In this document: in pieces, positions 1-9,685 of the stretch
Position numbering within the stretch: position 1 is the first letter of the stretch
Layout of the letters: each line of letters starts with the position of its first letter
NCBI GenBank assembly: GCA_035719485.1
Contig: DASTGC010000324.1
Span: 1 to 47,140, forward strand
From: Novosphingobium sp.
GTDB lineage: Bacteria > Pseudomonadota > Alphaproteobacteria > Sphingomonadales > Sphingomonadaceae
Length of the DNA: 47,140 bases
Reading direction: 5' to 3'
Notes under the pieces: model-generated
Seen by the model: only the letters and a program-made list of their open reading frames with translations
What the model was told of the DNA's origin: nothing
Databases searched by the model: none
Translations under genes and position numbers: made by a program

Positions 1-900
1 GCCGGGGCGGGCGGCGGGGATCAGCTCCCGCGCGGTCTGGAGGTTCATCACGTCGACCTCGTACTGCTTGACGTGCTGCTCCAGCGCCCCGGACAGCTTG
101 GGGCCTTCGGTGTAGGGCACCGAGATGAAATTCTCGATCCCCATGGTATCCATCACCTGCCCGCCGAAGCGCTCGGCCGCCACGCCGGTGCGGATGCCCT
201 TGCGCGCGGTGTAGATCGCCGCCGCCGCGCCGGCCGGGCCGCCGCCGACGACCAGCACCTCGTAAGGCGCCCTGGCCGCGATGTCGGCCGCCGCGCGGTC
301 CGCCGCGCCGGTGTCGAGCTTGGCAAGGATCTCTTCGACGGTGACCTTGCCAGAGGACCACATGACCCCGTCGAGAAACACCGCCGGCACGGCCATGACG
401 CCGCGGTCTTCCACCTCGGCCTTGAAGGCGCCGCCTTCGATCAGCACGGCGTGGACGCGCGGATTGGTAAGCGCCATCAGCGTAAGCGCCTGCACCACGT
501 CGGGGCAGTTGTGGCACGAGAGCGAGAAGTACATCTCGAAGTCGTATTCGCCCGGCAGGTCGCGGATCTGCTGGAGGACGGCATCCTCCACCTTTGGCGG
601 GTGGCCGCCGGCCCAGAGCAGGGCGAGCACCAGCGAGGTGAATTCATGGCCCAGCGGAACGCCGGCGAAGCACACCGACAGTTCGGGCGTGGCGGCGCGG
701 GCGATGGAGAAGGAGGGGACGCGGGCATCCGCGCCGTCGAAGCGGACGGAGACCTTGTCCGACAGGCTCGCGATGGTTTCGAGCAGCTGGCGGGTTTCGG
801 CCGAGCGGGCGTCGGGGCCGAGGCTGGCCACGAGTTCGATGGGCTCGCGCAACAGCGCCAGGTACTGCTTGAGCTGTTCGGTAGTGGCGGCGTCGAGCAT
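1..900 (-). CDS. ahpF: Alkyl hydroperoxide reductase subunit F (5' part; runs off the window start)
   Basis: ATG at 900 preceded by AAAGGA; reads [27 protein letters not shown]...[20 protein letters not shown]...[14 protein letters not shown]...[21 protein letters not shown]; directly downstream of ahpC. Missing from the ORF track because it has no stop in the window. Confidence 0.95.
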   Translation of the reverse strand, partial: MLDAATTEQLKQYLALLREPIELVASLGPDARSAETRQLLETIASLSDKVSVRFDGADARVPSFSIARAATPELSVCFAGVPLGHEFTSLVLALLWAGGHPPKVEDAVLQQIRDLPGEYDFEMYFSLSCHNCPDVVQALTLMALTNPRVHAVLIEGGAFKAEVEDRGVMAVPAVFLDGVMWSSGKVTVEEILAKLDTGAADRAAADIAARAPYEVLVVGGGPAGAAAAIYTARKGIRTGVAAERFGGQVMDTMGIENFISVPYTEGPKLSGALEQHVKQYEVDVMNLQTARELIPAARPG

Positions 901-919
901 GGGAGGGGTGTCCTTTCAG

Positions 920-1065
920 CTCCTCCCCGCGCACGGGGAGGTCGCAGCCCGCAAGGGCTGACGGAGGGGGCTATCGGGTTGGAACGAGACTGAGGGGCTG
1001 CGTTGGACCGTGAACCCCCTCCACCATCCTGCGGATGGTCCCCCTCCCCGCTGAGCGGGGAGGAG
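920..1065. repeat. Inverted doublet of REP-like palindromic elements
   Basis: 920-970 ctcctccccgcgcacggggagg-tcg-cagcccgcaagggctg-acggaggggg matches the reverse complement of 1015-1065 (ctcctccccgctcagcggggagg-ggg-accatccgcaggatggt-ggaggggg); two hairpins per unit. Confidence 0.8.
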
Positions 1066-1076
1066 TCCGAGAGGGA

Positions 1077-1640
1077 TCAGATCTTGCCGACGAGGTCGAT
1101 CGAGGGAGCAAGGGTTTCCGAACCCTCTTCCCACTTGGCCGGGCAGACCTGGCCGGGGTGTTCCTGCCAGTACTTGGCGGCCTTGATCTTGCGGACGAGC
1201 TCGGCAGCATTGCGGCCGACGCCTTCCGGGGTGACCTCGACTAGCTGCAGTTCGCCCGAGGGATCGGTCACGAAGGTGCCGCGGTCAGCCAGGCCCACGC
1301 CGATGCGCATGTTGTTGAAGTGGTTGGTCAGCGTGTGATGCTGGTCGCCCACCATGTGGTACTTGATCTTCGAGATCGCCGGCGAGGTGTCGTGCCAGGC
1401 CTTGTGGCTGAAGTGGGTGTCGGTCGACACCGCGAAGACTTCCACGCCCATCGCCTGGAGTTCGGCGTACTTGTCGGCAAGGTCCTCCAGCTCGGTCGGG
1501 CAGACGAAGGTGAAGTCGGCCGGGTAGAAGAAGAACACCGCCCACTTGCCGAGCACGTCCTTCTCGGTGATGTCGACGAACTTGCCGTCCTTGAACGAGG
1601 TGGCCGAGAACGGGGCCAGCTTGCTGCCAATGATACCCAT
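1077..1640 (-). CDS. ahpC: Alkyl hydroperoxide reductase subunit C (2-Cys peroxiredoxin), 187 aa
   Basis: FFYPADFTFVCPTE and QVCPAKW motifs; start MGIIGSK at 1640 with SD AGGAGAG. Confidence 0.97.
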   Translation of the reverse strand: MGIIGSKLAPFSATSFKDGKFVDITEKDVLGKWAVFFFYPADFTFVCPTELEDLADKYAELQAMGVEVFAVSTDTHFSHKAWHDTSPAISKIKYHMVGDQHHTLTNHFNNMRIGVGLADRGTFVTDPSGELQLVEVTPEGVGRNAAELVRKIKAAKYWQEHPGQVCPAKWEEGSETLAPSIDLVGKI

Positions 1641-1722
1641 GGGTGAACTCTCCTGTAGTGGTGAAGCTTCAGCGACAGGAGCGAGATAGGCTGCGGGGTG
1701 CGAGTCGGGAAATGCGGATTCC

Positions 1723-1770
1723 CGATTAATTCGATTTGTTACGCCGATCAGCGCCGGTTTGATCGATTTT
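1723..1770. promoter_or_regulatory. Probable OxyR/LysR-type operator upstream of ahpC
   Basis: AT-rich patch with repeated CGAT/ATCG tetramers and a T-N11-A element (ATTT-gttacgc-CGAT, 1734-1748); ahpCF is a classic OxyR target. Imperfect consensus match. Confidence 0.45.
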
Positions 1771-1840
1771 GGCGATTTTCGAGGTGCGCCTTCACATCCG
1801 TGGACGGCTCGCGGCACAGCCCGCACCTAACAAACCACCC

Positions 1841-2917
1841 TTACCCGCACTGCCCCCGCTGCAGCAGCTTCTGGTCGGCCAGCACCAGTGCCATCATCGC
1901 CTCGACCACCGGTACGCCGCGGATGCCGACACAGGGATCGTGCCGGCCCTTGGTGCGCACCTGCGTCGCCTCGCCGGCCCGCGTAACCGAATCCACCGGG
2001 GTCAGGATCGAACTGGTCGGCTTGAACGCCACCCGCACGCGGACGGGCTGGCCGGTGGAAATGCCTCCGGCGATGCCGCCGGCATGATTGGCGAGGAACA
2101 GCGGGCCGCCGTGATCGTCGCTCGTCGGCCGCATCGGGTCGGCGTTCTGCTCGCCGGTGAGGCGGGCGGCGTGGAAGCCGTCGCCGATTTCCACGCCCTT
2201 GACCGCGTTGATGCTCATCATCGCGGCGGCCAGTTCGCTGTCGAGCTTGGCATAGAGCGGCGCGCCCCAGCCGGCGGGGACGCCGCTGGCCTCGCACTCC
2301 ACCACCGCGCCCACCGAGGAGCCGGACAGTCGCGCCTCGTCGACGATCTTCTCCCACCGCGCCGCGGCGGCCGGGTCGGGGCAGAAGAACGGGTTGTTGC
2401 CGATCTCGGCGGCATCGAAGTTGTCCGGATCGATCGCATCGCCGCCGATCTCGCTGACCCAGGCCAAGATCGTCACTTCCGGGATCACCAGCCGCGCCAC
2501 CGCGCCCGCCGCCACGCGCGCCGCCGTCTCCCGCGCCGAGGAGCGCCCGCCGCCGCGATAGTCGCGCAGGCCGTACTTGGCGTCGTAGGCATAGTCGGCA
2601 TGGCCGGGGCGGTAGGACTGGGCGATCTCGCCATAATCTTTCGAGCGCTGGTCGGTGTTCTCGATCATCAGGCTGATCGGGGTGCCGGTGGTCCGCCCCT
2701 CGAACGTGCCCGACAGGATGCGGACCTGGTCCGGCTCCTGGCGCTGGGTGGTGAACTTCGACTGGCCCGGTCGGCGCTTGTCGAGGAATGGCTGGATATC
2801 CGCCTCGCCGATCGCCAGCCCTGGCGGGCACCCGTCGACCACGGCGCCAAGCGCCGGCCCGTGGCTTTCGCCCCAGGTGGTGAAACGGAACAGGCGGCCG
2901 AAGGTGTTGAACGACAT
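1841..2917 (-). CDS. aroC: Chorismate synthase
   Basis: MSFNTFG...[34 protein letters not shown] signatures. Confidence 0.97.
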   Translation of the reverse strand: MSFNTFGRLFRFTTWGESHGPALGAVVDGCPPGLAIGEADIQPFLDKRRPGQSKFTTQRQEPDQVRILSGTFEGRTTGTPISLMIENTDQRSKDYGEIAQSYRPGHADYAYDAKYGLRDYRGGGRSSARETAARVAAGAVARLVIPEVTILAWVSEIGGDAIDPDNFDAAEIGNNPFFCPDPAAAARWEKIVDEARLSGSSVGAVVECEASGVPAGWGAPLYAKLDSELAAAMMSINAVKGVEIGDGFHAARLTGEQNADPMRPTSDDHGGPLFLANHAGGIAGGISTGQPVRVRVAFKPTSSILTPVDSVTRAGEATQVRTKGRHDPCVGIRGVPVVEAMMALVLADQKLLQRGQCG

Positions 2918-3032
2918 GGGGGCCGCTTTTGCGCAAGATGGCCGGAAAAGTCCACTGAATGGCAGCCGTTTCCCTCAAGCTGCCTGTGCCGGCAAGCGAG
3001 CGGCACACGATGGCCGCCGCAATCGCTTGGAT

Positions 3033-4763
3033 TCAGGCGTCGTTGAGCTGGCGGCTGACCGTTTCACCGCGCACCAGGGTTCCGGGCAATGCGCCGGTGG
3101 GCAGCCCGTTGCGGAAGATCGGCTGACCCGCGACGTAGGTCGCCACGTATCCTGAGGCTTCCTGATTGAGCCGGCGCGCGCCGCCCGGCAGGTCATGGAC
3201 CATCACCGGCGGGCCGAGCTGGAGGCGGTCGAAGTCGATCAGGTTGATGTCTGCCCGGAACCCGGGGGCGATCACACCGCGGTCACGCAGGCCCAGTGCC
3301 CAGGCGGTGTCGCGGGTCTGGCGGCGCACCGCCGCCCCGACGTCGAGCCGCGGGCCTTTGCGGTCACGCGCCCAGTAGCTGAGCATGTAGGTGGGCGTGG
3401 AGGCGTCGCAGATCATGCCGACGTGGGCGCCGCCGTCGGACAGCGAGTTGATCGTGTAGGGATGGTTCAGCATCTCGAACACCGCATCGAGATTGCCGTC
3501 CGCGTAATTGACCAGCGGAAGATAGAGAAAATTGGTCCCGCCGTTCGCGGTCAGGATATCGAAGATCAGCTCATCCGGCGTAACCCCGGCGGCCCGTGCC
3601 CGAGCTCCGATGCTCTCTTCCGGCGCCGGATCATAGATTGGCGGCACCCCGAGTTCGTAGACGTTGTCCTGCCCGCTCGCCACGGCATCGAGGAAGAAGG
3701 TGCCGCGGGGTCCGGGCTCGGCGAGGATGCGCGCGCGCCGGGCTGGCTGGCGCATTGCCTGCGCGCGCTCGGCGAGCGGCAGGTGCGCGATTTCTTCGTA
3801 GGAAGGACGGCCGTTGTAGGGATGGTAGGTGCCTTGAAGTCCCAGCATCAGGCCGATCGGCCGGACCGCGATCTGCGCGCTGATCTGGACCCCTTCGGAC
3901 CGCGCCTGGTCGATCAGGGCGAGCTGTTTGCGCCATTTGTCCGGATCGCCCGAGGTCTGGGTCATCGCGAAGCTCAGCGGCCGCCCGGAGACGCGCGCAA
4001 GGTCGCGGAACAGGCCGAACTCGGCATCGAGATCGGTAAAATCGGAGGCGAACTGGAAAGCGCCGCGGTCAAGTTCGCGCATGACATGGGCGATCGCCAG
4101 AAGCTCGTCGCGTTCGGCACGGACGGAGGGGGTGGGATCGCCCGCGCTGCTGCGATGGACGAGCGTGCGCGAACTGGAGAATCCGACCGCTCCGGCAAGC
4201 AGGCCGCTGCGCACGTGCTCGGCCATTCGGCGGATATCCTCGGGCGTGGCCGGCTCGCCCCGCGCGCCGCGGTCGCCCATGACATAGACGCGCAGGGCGC
4301 CGTGGGGGATATAGGCGGCAATGTCGATATCGTGCGGCATGGCGGCCAGCACATCGAGGTACTGCTCGAAGGATTCCCAGCGCCAGTCCAGCCCGAGGTG
4401 CAGCGCGGTGCCGGGGATATCCTCGATCCCTTCCATCAGCACGACCAGGCGATCCCGGTCCTGCGGGCGCACCGGTGCAAAGCCGACGCCGCAATTGCCG
4501 AAGACGACGGTCGTCGCGCCAAGGTTGGACGACGGCATCAATCGCTCCTCCCAGGTGGCCTGGCCATCGTAATGGGTGTGGATGTCAACCCAGCCCGGGG
4601 CGACCATCAGCCCGGTGGCGTCAACCTCCTCCCGCCCGCGGGCGCTCACCTCGCCAACGGCGACGATCAACCCCTCGCTGACCGCGACATCGGCGCGGCG
4701 GGGAGCGGCTCCTGTGCCGTCAACCACCATGCCGCCCCGGAAGACCAGATCGACTTGGGACAT
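3033..4763 (-). CDS. N-acyl-D-amino-acid deacylase-family amidohydrolase
   Basis: Start MSQVDLVFRGGMVVDGTG at 4763 (SD GGAAAAGAGG); DIHTHYD metal motif, GNCG, SDGGAH, C-terminal RGVIAPGFRADINLID. Confidence 0.85.
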   Translation of the reverse strand: MSQVDLVFRGGMVVDGTGAAPRRADVAVSEGLIVAVGEVSARGREEVDATGLMVAPGWVDIHTHYDGQATWEERLMPSSNLGATTVVFGNCGVGFAPVRPQDRDRLVVLMEGIEDIPGTALHLGLDWRWESFEQYLDVLAAMPHDIDIAAYIPHGALRVYVMGDRGARGEPATPEDIRRMAEHVRSGLLAGAVGFSSSRTLVHRSSAGDPTPSVRAERDELLAIAHVMRELDRGAFQFASDFTDLDAEFGLFRDLARVSGRPLSFAMTQTSGDPDKWRKQLALIDQARSEGVQISAQIAVRPIGLMLGLQGTYHPYNGRPSYEEIAHLPLAERAQAMRQPARRARILAEPGPRGTFFLDAVASGQDNVYELGVPPIYDPAPEESIGARARAAGVTPDELIFDILTANGGTNFLYLPLVNYADGNLDAVFEMLNHPYTINSLSDGGAHVGMICDASTPTYMLSYWARDRKGPRLDVGAAVRRQTRDTAWALGLRDRGVIAPGFRADINLIDFDRLQLGPPVMVHDLPGGARRLNQEASGYVATYVAGQPIFRNGLPTGALPGTLVRGETVSRQLNDA

Positions 4764-4849
4764 CCTCTTTCCCCTATGACTTTCGCGCAGTATCCACTCC
4801 GACCGGCGCGATGGCAATGGCCTGTGCCGGGTCCCGCTGGGAGAAGGGT

Positions 4850-6019
4850 ATGGGGATTGCCGCGAAACCATTCGAGGTCGCGATCACCGATGCGCTGCTG
4901 GCCGACATGCGTGCCCGCATCCGGAACGCGCGCTGGTCGGAGGACTTCGGCAATGCCGACTGGCGCTATGGGGTGGAGGGCAGCTGGCTGCGCGCCATGG
5001 TGGACTATTGGGCCGATGGGTTCGACTGGCGCGCACAGGAAGCGGCCATGAATGCTGTGCCCAACTTCGTCGCGACGATCAACGGCGTGACGGTTCACTT
5101 CCTGCACATCGCCGGTACCGGCAACAACCCGATTCCGCTGCTGCTCACCCATGGCTGGCCGTGGACGTTCTGGGACTATCGCGCGGTCATCGGCCCGCTG
5201 ACCGATCCGGCGGCACATGGTGCGCCGGGGGCGCAGAGTTTCAGCCTGATCATCCCTTCGCTGCCGGGTTTCGGATTCTCTTCGCCGCTGCGACGGGCAG
5301 TCACGGTTGCGGATATCGTCCACCTGTGGACGAAGCTGATGACACAGGTGCTCGGCTATGGCCGGTTCATGGCGGGCGGAGGCGACTTCGGTGCTTTCGT
5401 CACGAGCCATCTGGCCCATGCCTATCCCGATTTGGTGAGGGGCGCCTACATCATGTTCCCGAACGTGCCGGGCATCGTGCCGGGCTCATCCCTGCCGGCG
5501 GACTTCGCGCCCGAGGAGCAGTGGATGGTGGAAGAGAACAAGCTCGCGTCGGGCAAGCTCGCCAGCCACATGACCGTGCACCAGCATGACCCACAAACAC
5601 TGGCCTATGCCCTCGCTGATTCGCCGATCGGCTGTGCGGCCTGGCTGTGGGAGCGTCGACGCGCCTGGAGCGATTGCGGCGGCGATGTGCTCAGTGCATT
5701 CACCCGCGACGAGCTGTGCACGCTTGCCTCGATCTACTGGCTGACCAATACTATCGGCACATCGATGCGGCTTTACTGGGACCAGAACGACCAGGGGTTT
5801 GCCAGCATCATCGATCCCACCCGCCAGCCGGTGATCGCGGTGCCGACCGGCTACGCCGTATTCCCCAAGGAGAACATCCACATGCCGCGCCGCGTGATCG
5901 AGGAGCATGTCAACCTCAGACACTATTCGGTGATGCCGCGCGGCGGCCATTTCGGCGTGGCTGAACAGCCCCAGCTGGTGGTGGACGATCTGCGGGCCTT
6001 CGCGCAATGTTGCGAATAA
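4850..6019 (+). CDS. Epoxide hydrolase (EHN domain plus alpha/beta hydrolase)
   Basis: FDWRAQE N-terminal domain, HGWP oxyanion motif, PSLPGFGFS, GGDFG nucleophile, GGHF catalytic His. Confidence 0.88.
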   Translation: MGIAAKPFEVAITDALLADMRARIRNARWSEDFGNADWRYGVEGSWLRAMVDYWADGFDWRAQEAAMNAVPNFVATINGVTVHFLHIAGTGNNPIPLLLTHGWPWTFWDYRAVIGPLTDPAAHGAPGAQSFSLIIPSLPGFGFSSPLRRAVTVADIVHLWTKLMTQVLGYGRFMAGGGDFGAFVTSHLAHAYPDLVRGAYIMFPNVPGIVPGSSLPADFAPEEQWMVEENKLASGKLASHMTVHQHDPQTLAYALADSPIGCAAWLWERRRAWSDCGGDVLSAFTRDELCTLASIYWLTNTIGTSMRLYWDQNDQGFASIIDPTRQPVIAVPTGYAVFPKENIHMPRRVIEEHVNLRHYSVMPRGGHFGVAEQPQLVVDDLRAFAQCCE

Positions 6020-6162
6020 TGGCCGGGCCAGCTGGCGGCCGAGGGCAACTTTGGTGTGGAACCGGATGAAGAAGATCGTCATGCTGGCACGAACAAGCGC
6101 GGGAGAGACCAGATGATACAGGGCAACGCCGTCGTTCGCGACCTCGCCGGCGGTGCGTCCTG

Positions 6163-6948
6163 ATGCCCCGCCTTTCGCTCGACTGCCTGACGCTGACCGA
6201 TACGGCGCCAGACCAGCTCGTCCGTGCCGCCGCGGGCGCCGGATTTGACCTCGTCAGCCTGTGGGTGGCGCCGCCGATCTTTCCCCGGCAGGGCCTGTCG
6301 CCGGCGAACTGCGATGCAGTCGCCGCTGCGATGGCGGAGACCGGCATCGGCGTGCATGTGCTCGAGGTGTTCGACCTCGTCTCCGACGAAGTGCTCGAAG
6401 GCTACCGGCCAGCGCTGGAGCTGGGCGCCGGTCTTGGCGGCAAGGTGGCCACGGCGATCCATATGACCAACCCCGATCGCACCGATGCGGTGCGCCTGCT
6501 GCGCCGGTTCGCCGGGATCGCTGCGGAATACGGGCTCGGGGTGGGCCTGGAGCCGATCGTCGTGGGCGAGACGCGGACCTTGGCGGAAGGCGCGGCGCTG
6601 ATCGCCGAGGCCGGCATCGATGCGGGGCTGACCTTCGACTTCCTGCACCTGATGCGCTGTGGCGGCAGTGCCGGCGACGTGCGTGCGATCGATCCGGCGC
6701 TGATCCGCTACGTGCAGGTTTGCGACGGCAAGCTTTCAGTGCCGCCCGAGTATCTGGAGGTGGAGGGGGCCTTGCTGCGACTGTTCCCCGGCGAGGGCGA
6801 GTTCCCGATTGCCGAATTGCTGGCCGCCGCGCCCGAACACGCCATCATCGGCGTCGAGTGTCCCAACCTCGCGCGGATACAGGCGGGAGCCGATCCGATC
6901 GACCTGGCGCACGAGGCCATGGCGGCGATCAGGGCATTCATCGGCTGA
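6163..6948 (+). CDS. Sugar phosphate isomerase/epimerase-family TIM-barrel protein
   Basis: AAAGAGFDLVSL, GLEP, FDFLH, YVQVCDG, RLFPGEGEFP, GVE motifs typical of xylose-isomerase-like TIM barrels. Confidence 0.75.
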   Translation: MPRLSLDCLTLTDTAPDQLVRAAAGAGFDLVSLWVAPPIFPRQGLSPANCDAVAAAMAETGIGVHVLEVFDLVSDEVLEGYRPALELGAGLGGKVATAIHMTNPDRTDAVRLLRRFAGIAAEYGLGVGLEPIVVGETRTLAEGAALIAEAGIDAGLTFDFLHLMRCGGSAGDVRAIDPALIRYVQVCDGKLSVPPEYLEVEGALLRLFPGEGEFPIAELLAAAPEHAIIGVECPNLARIQAGADPIDLAHEAMAAIRAFIG

Positions 6949-6993
6949 GACCAGGCGGACGGGCCTGACGGGGGGCCGGATGGGGCGGGCCCG

Positions 6994-7827
6994 TCAGGGC
7001 GCGACCACGATCGAGATGCGGCGGTTGCGCGGGTCGTGGGGCTGGTCGGGTATCAGCAGTTCGCGGTCAGCCACGCCCTCAATGCGGCGGAAGCGGTCTT
7101 CGCGGATGCCGTTTTTCATCAGCGCCTGGCGGGTGGCTTCGGCCCGGCCGGCGGAGAGCGACCAGTTGTTGGCAAGCTCGCCCGGGCGGTAGGGCACGGC
7201 GTCGGTATGGCCGCGGATGGTGACGGATCCCGCCTCGGGCGCGATAGTCTGTCCAATCGCCATGAGCAGCTCGGCGGCCTCCGGCGTGAGCACCGTGGTG
7301 CCGAGGCGGAACATCGCGAACTGGGCATCGTCGACGAGATCGATTCGCACGCCTTCGGTGGTGTCGACCATCTTCACCTGCTTTGCGAGGCGCCGCATCG
7401 CTTCCGACTTGTCGAGCTTCTTCTGCAGGGTTTCCTGCATGCGCTTGATTTTGCCGGCGCCCTCCTTTGGCCCGCCGGTGGTGTCGCGCGGGATGGTCAT
7501 GGCCTTGGTGCCGGTCTGCCCGGCCCGGTTGGGATAGTTGTCGGCATCGGTGATCGAGGAGCCGCCGAGCAGGCCGTTGGAGCCCGCGCTGCCCTCCTTC
7601 ATCTTGACCAGGGTCGGCGTGAAGTAATCGGCGATGCCCTTGCGCTGCTTCTCGGTGGTGGCGCCCAAGAGCCACATCAGCAGGAAGAAGGCCATCATCG
7701 CGGTCACGAAGTCGGCATAGGCGACCTTCCAGGCGCCGCCATGGTGGCCGGCGGCGACGACGGTGACCTTCTTGACGATGATCGGCGGGGGCGGCTCGTT
7801 CTTGCCGCGCTTTGCAGGGGCTGCCAT
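6994..7827 (-). CDS. motB: Flagellar stator protein MotB
   Basis: HHGGAWKVAYADFVTAMMAFFLLMWLL TM with the catalytic Asp; OmpA-like GHTD...NWSLSAGRA...NRRI. Confidence 0.95.
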   Translation of the reverse strand: MAAPAKRGKNEPPPPIIVKKVTVVAAGHHGGAWKVAYADFVTAMMAFFLLMWLLGATTEKQRKGIADYFTPTLVKMKEGSAGSNGLLGGSSITDADNYPNRAGQTGTKAMTIPRDTTGGPKEGAGKIKRMQETLQKKLDKSEAMRRLAKQVKMVDTTEGVRIDLVDDAQFAMFRLGTTVLTPEAAELLMAIGQTIAPEAGSVTIRGHTDAVPYRPGELANNWSLSAGRAEATRQALMKNGIREDRFRRIEGVADRELLIPDQPHDPRNRRISIVVAP

Positions 7828-7842
7828 GGGTCAGTTGGTCCC

Positions 7843-8706
7843 TTACCGCCCACGCAGCGCGTCGAGGAGTTCGGAGAGGCCCGGGCGGAAGGCGTGGCCG
7901 AGGCCAGAGCGGGCGCTCTCGACCACTAGCGGCTGGGGCCAGCCGTGGAGGCTGGCGATGATCACCTGCTTGACCGCATGGAAGATCTGCTCGTCCTGCT
8001 CGATCACCTGCTTCAGCCGACCGGCCAGCGGCGCGACCATGCCATAGGCGAGCAGCACGCCCATGAAGGTTCCGACGAGGGCCGAACCGATCATCGCGCC
8101 GAGGATCGCAGGCGGCTTGTCGATCGAGCCCATGGTCTTCACCACGCCGAGCACGGCCGCGACGATGCCGAGCGCCGGGAGCGCATCGGCCAGGTTCTGC
8201 AGCGCGTGCTGGGGTTCGTGCAGCTCGTGGAAATGGGTCTTCATCGCATTGTCCATCACCTCCTCGACCGCGTGGACTTCGAGCGTGCCCGAGGAAACGA
8301 CGATCAGGGTAAGCGTGTCGCAGATGAGATCGACGAGCGCATGGTTGGCGAGAATGCGCGGGAATTCGGCGAAGATGGTCGAGCTCTTCGGGTCGGTGAC
8401 ATGGCTTTCCAGCGCGACCGGGCCTTCCGAGCGGAGCAGTTTCATCAGCCGCGAAGTCAGGATGATCGCGTCGACGTGATCCTGTTTGGTGTGCTGCGGG
8501 CCCTTGAAAATCTTCTTGAAGCTAGCGCCGATCAGCTTGAGCTCATGGAGCGAGTTGCCGGTGATCGTGGCTCCGATCGCGGCGCCGCCGATGATCAGCA
8601 TCTCGTGCGGGATTGCTTCCATGACCGGGCCGAGCGCACCGCCGGTGAAGGCGAAGCCGCCGAAGACCATGACGAGAAGGACGACGATGCCGATGCCAGC
8701 GTACAT
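7843..8706 (-). CDS. motA: Flagellar stator protein MotA (enteric H+-type)
   Basis: RSEGPVALE torque motif, ADALPALGIVAAVLGVV, ALVGTFMG; directly upstream of motB. Confidence 0.95.
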   Translation of the reverse strand: MYAGIGIVVLLVMVFGGFAFTGGALGPVMEAIPHEMLIIGGAAIGATITGNSLHELKLIGASFKKIFKGPQHTKQDHVDAIILTSRLMKLLRSEGPVALESHVTDPKSSTIFAEFPRILANHALVDLICDTLTLIVVSSGTLEVHAVEEVMDNAMKTHFHELHEPQHALQNLADALPALGIVAAVLGVVKTMGSIDKPPAILGAMIGSALVGTFMGVLLAYGMVAPLAGRLKQVIEQDEQIFHAVKQVIIASLHGWPQPLVVESARSGLGHAFRPGLSELLDALRGR

Positions 8707-8743
8707 TGCAGATCAGTTCCTGTTGGGGCCGGGACGCAGCGGT

Positions 8744-9664
8744 TCAGTTCAGCAGGCTGAAGAGCGAGAGCGAAGCGAGCTTGGTGAAGCTCGCCTGGCT
8801 GGCTTCGAGGACCGTCATCGTTTCCTGCAGCCGGGCAACGGTCGAGGCGATGTCGGTCCCGCCGACGTCGGTTTCCTCGCTCGCGCGCATTTCGGTAAGA
8901 TTGGTGCGGCGCTCGGTGGTGAGATCGACCCAGGCGAGGCGGCTGCCAACGACCGTCTGGGCAGTGGTGACCTGCTCCATCCCCTGGCTGAGCGCGGCCA
9001 GCCCGTCCCGAGCTGCCTGCTGCGCGGCGGAACCTCCGGCCTGGAGCGCGTCGGACAGGGTCTTCAGAGCAGTCAGCAGGTCAGGCGAGGCGCTGCCGGG
9101 CGGCAAGGTGAGGAAGTCGGGGCCGGTAATGCCGCGGGTGACGTTCTGCCCGTCGCCCAGAGGCAGGTCACCAGCCGTGCCGGTACCCACGTAGGTGACG
9201 TTGCCGGCGGCATCCACCGTGTAGGCATCGCCCGCTGACTGTCCGCCGAACAGAGCCCCGCCTTCCACGTCGCGCGAATTGGCGAGCTGGATCATGTTGT
9301 TGCGGATCTGCCCGATTTCCGCACCGAGGCCTGCGCGCTCGGCATCGGTCATCGTGCCATTGGCAGCCTGGGTGGTCAGCTCCTGGATTCGGGTGATGTA
9401 GTCGGCGAAAGAGCCCAGGGCGGAATCGGTCAGCTGGAGATTGGTGCTCGCCTTGGCGGCATTGGCGACGTCGATCTGCGAGGTCGAATCGGCCCGCTGC
9501 AACTGACGCAGGCGCGAGGCGCCAACCGGGTCGTCGGACGAGCGCGCGATGCGCTGCCCGCGGGAGAGATCAGACTGCAGCCCCTCGGCGCGAGCACGCA
9601 GGTCGGCGATGTCCATGCTGGACCGCTCGTAGAAGGCGCTGGTGCTGGTGCTGATCGTGGTCAT
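8744..9664 (-). CDS. flgL: Hook-filament junction protein FlgL
   Basis: Flagellin-like N-terminus (GQRIARSSDDP, QAANGT, LANSRD..LFGG) and C-terminus LEASQASFTKLASLSLF; follows flgK. Confidence 0.9.
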   Translation of the reverse strand: MTTISTSTSAFYERSSMDIADLRARAEGLQSDLSRGQRIARSSDDPVGASRLRQLQRADSTSQIDVANAAKASTNLQLTDSALGSFADYITRIQELTTQAANGTMTDAERAGLGAEIGQIRNNMIQLANSRDVEGGALFGGQSAGDAYTVDAAGNVTYVGTGTAGDLPLGDGQNVTRGITGPDFLTLPPGSASPDLLTALKTLSDALQAGGSAAQQAARDGLAALSQGMEQVTTAQTVVGSRLAWVDLTTERRTNLTEMRASEETDVGGTDIASTVARLQETMTVLEASQASFTKLASLSLFSLLN

Positions 9665-9685
9665 GACGGGTGGATCCTATGGTCG

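Noticed and set aside
73-993. 306-aa and 226-aa plus-strand ORFs
   Set aside because: Shadows of ahpF, which lies on the minus strand.
920-1065. CRISPR array or IS element
   Set aside because: Only two inverted units, no direct repeat-spacer periodicity, and no cas or transposase gene anywhere in the window.
3195-5051. 618-aa plus-strand ORF (likewise 1769-3046, 21027-22409, 30383-32257, 45545-47017)
   Set aside because: Antisense or alternate-frame shadows of well-supported genes, with Arg/Gly/Pro-rich non-protein-like composition.
6964-6998. Hairpin cctgacggg...cccgtcagg between the convergent TIM-barrel gene and motB
   Set aside because: Long loop and no U-tract; may help termination but is not supportable as an intrinsic terminator.
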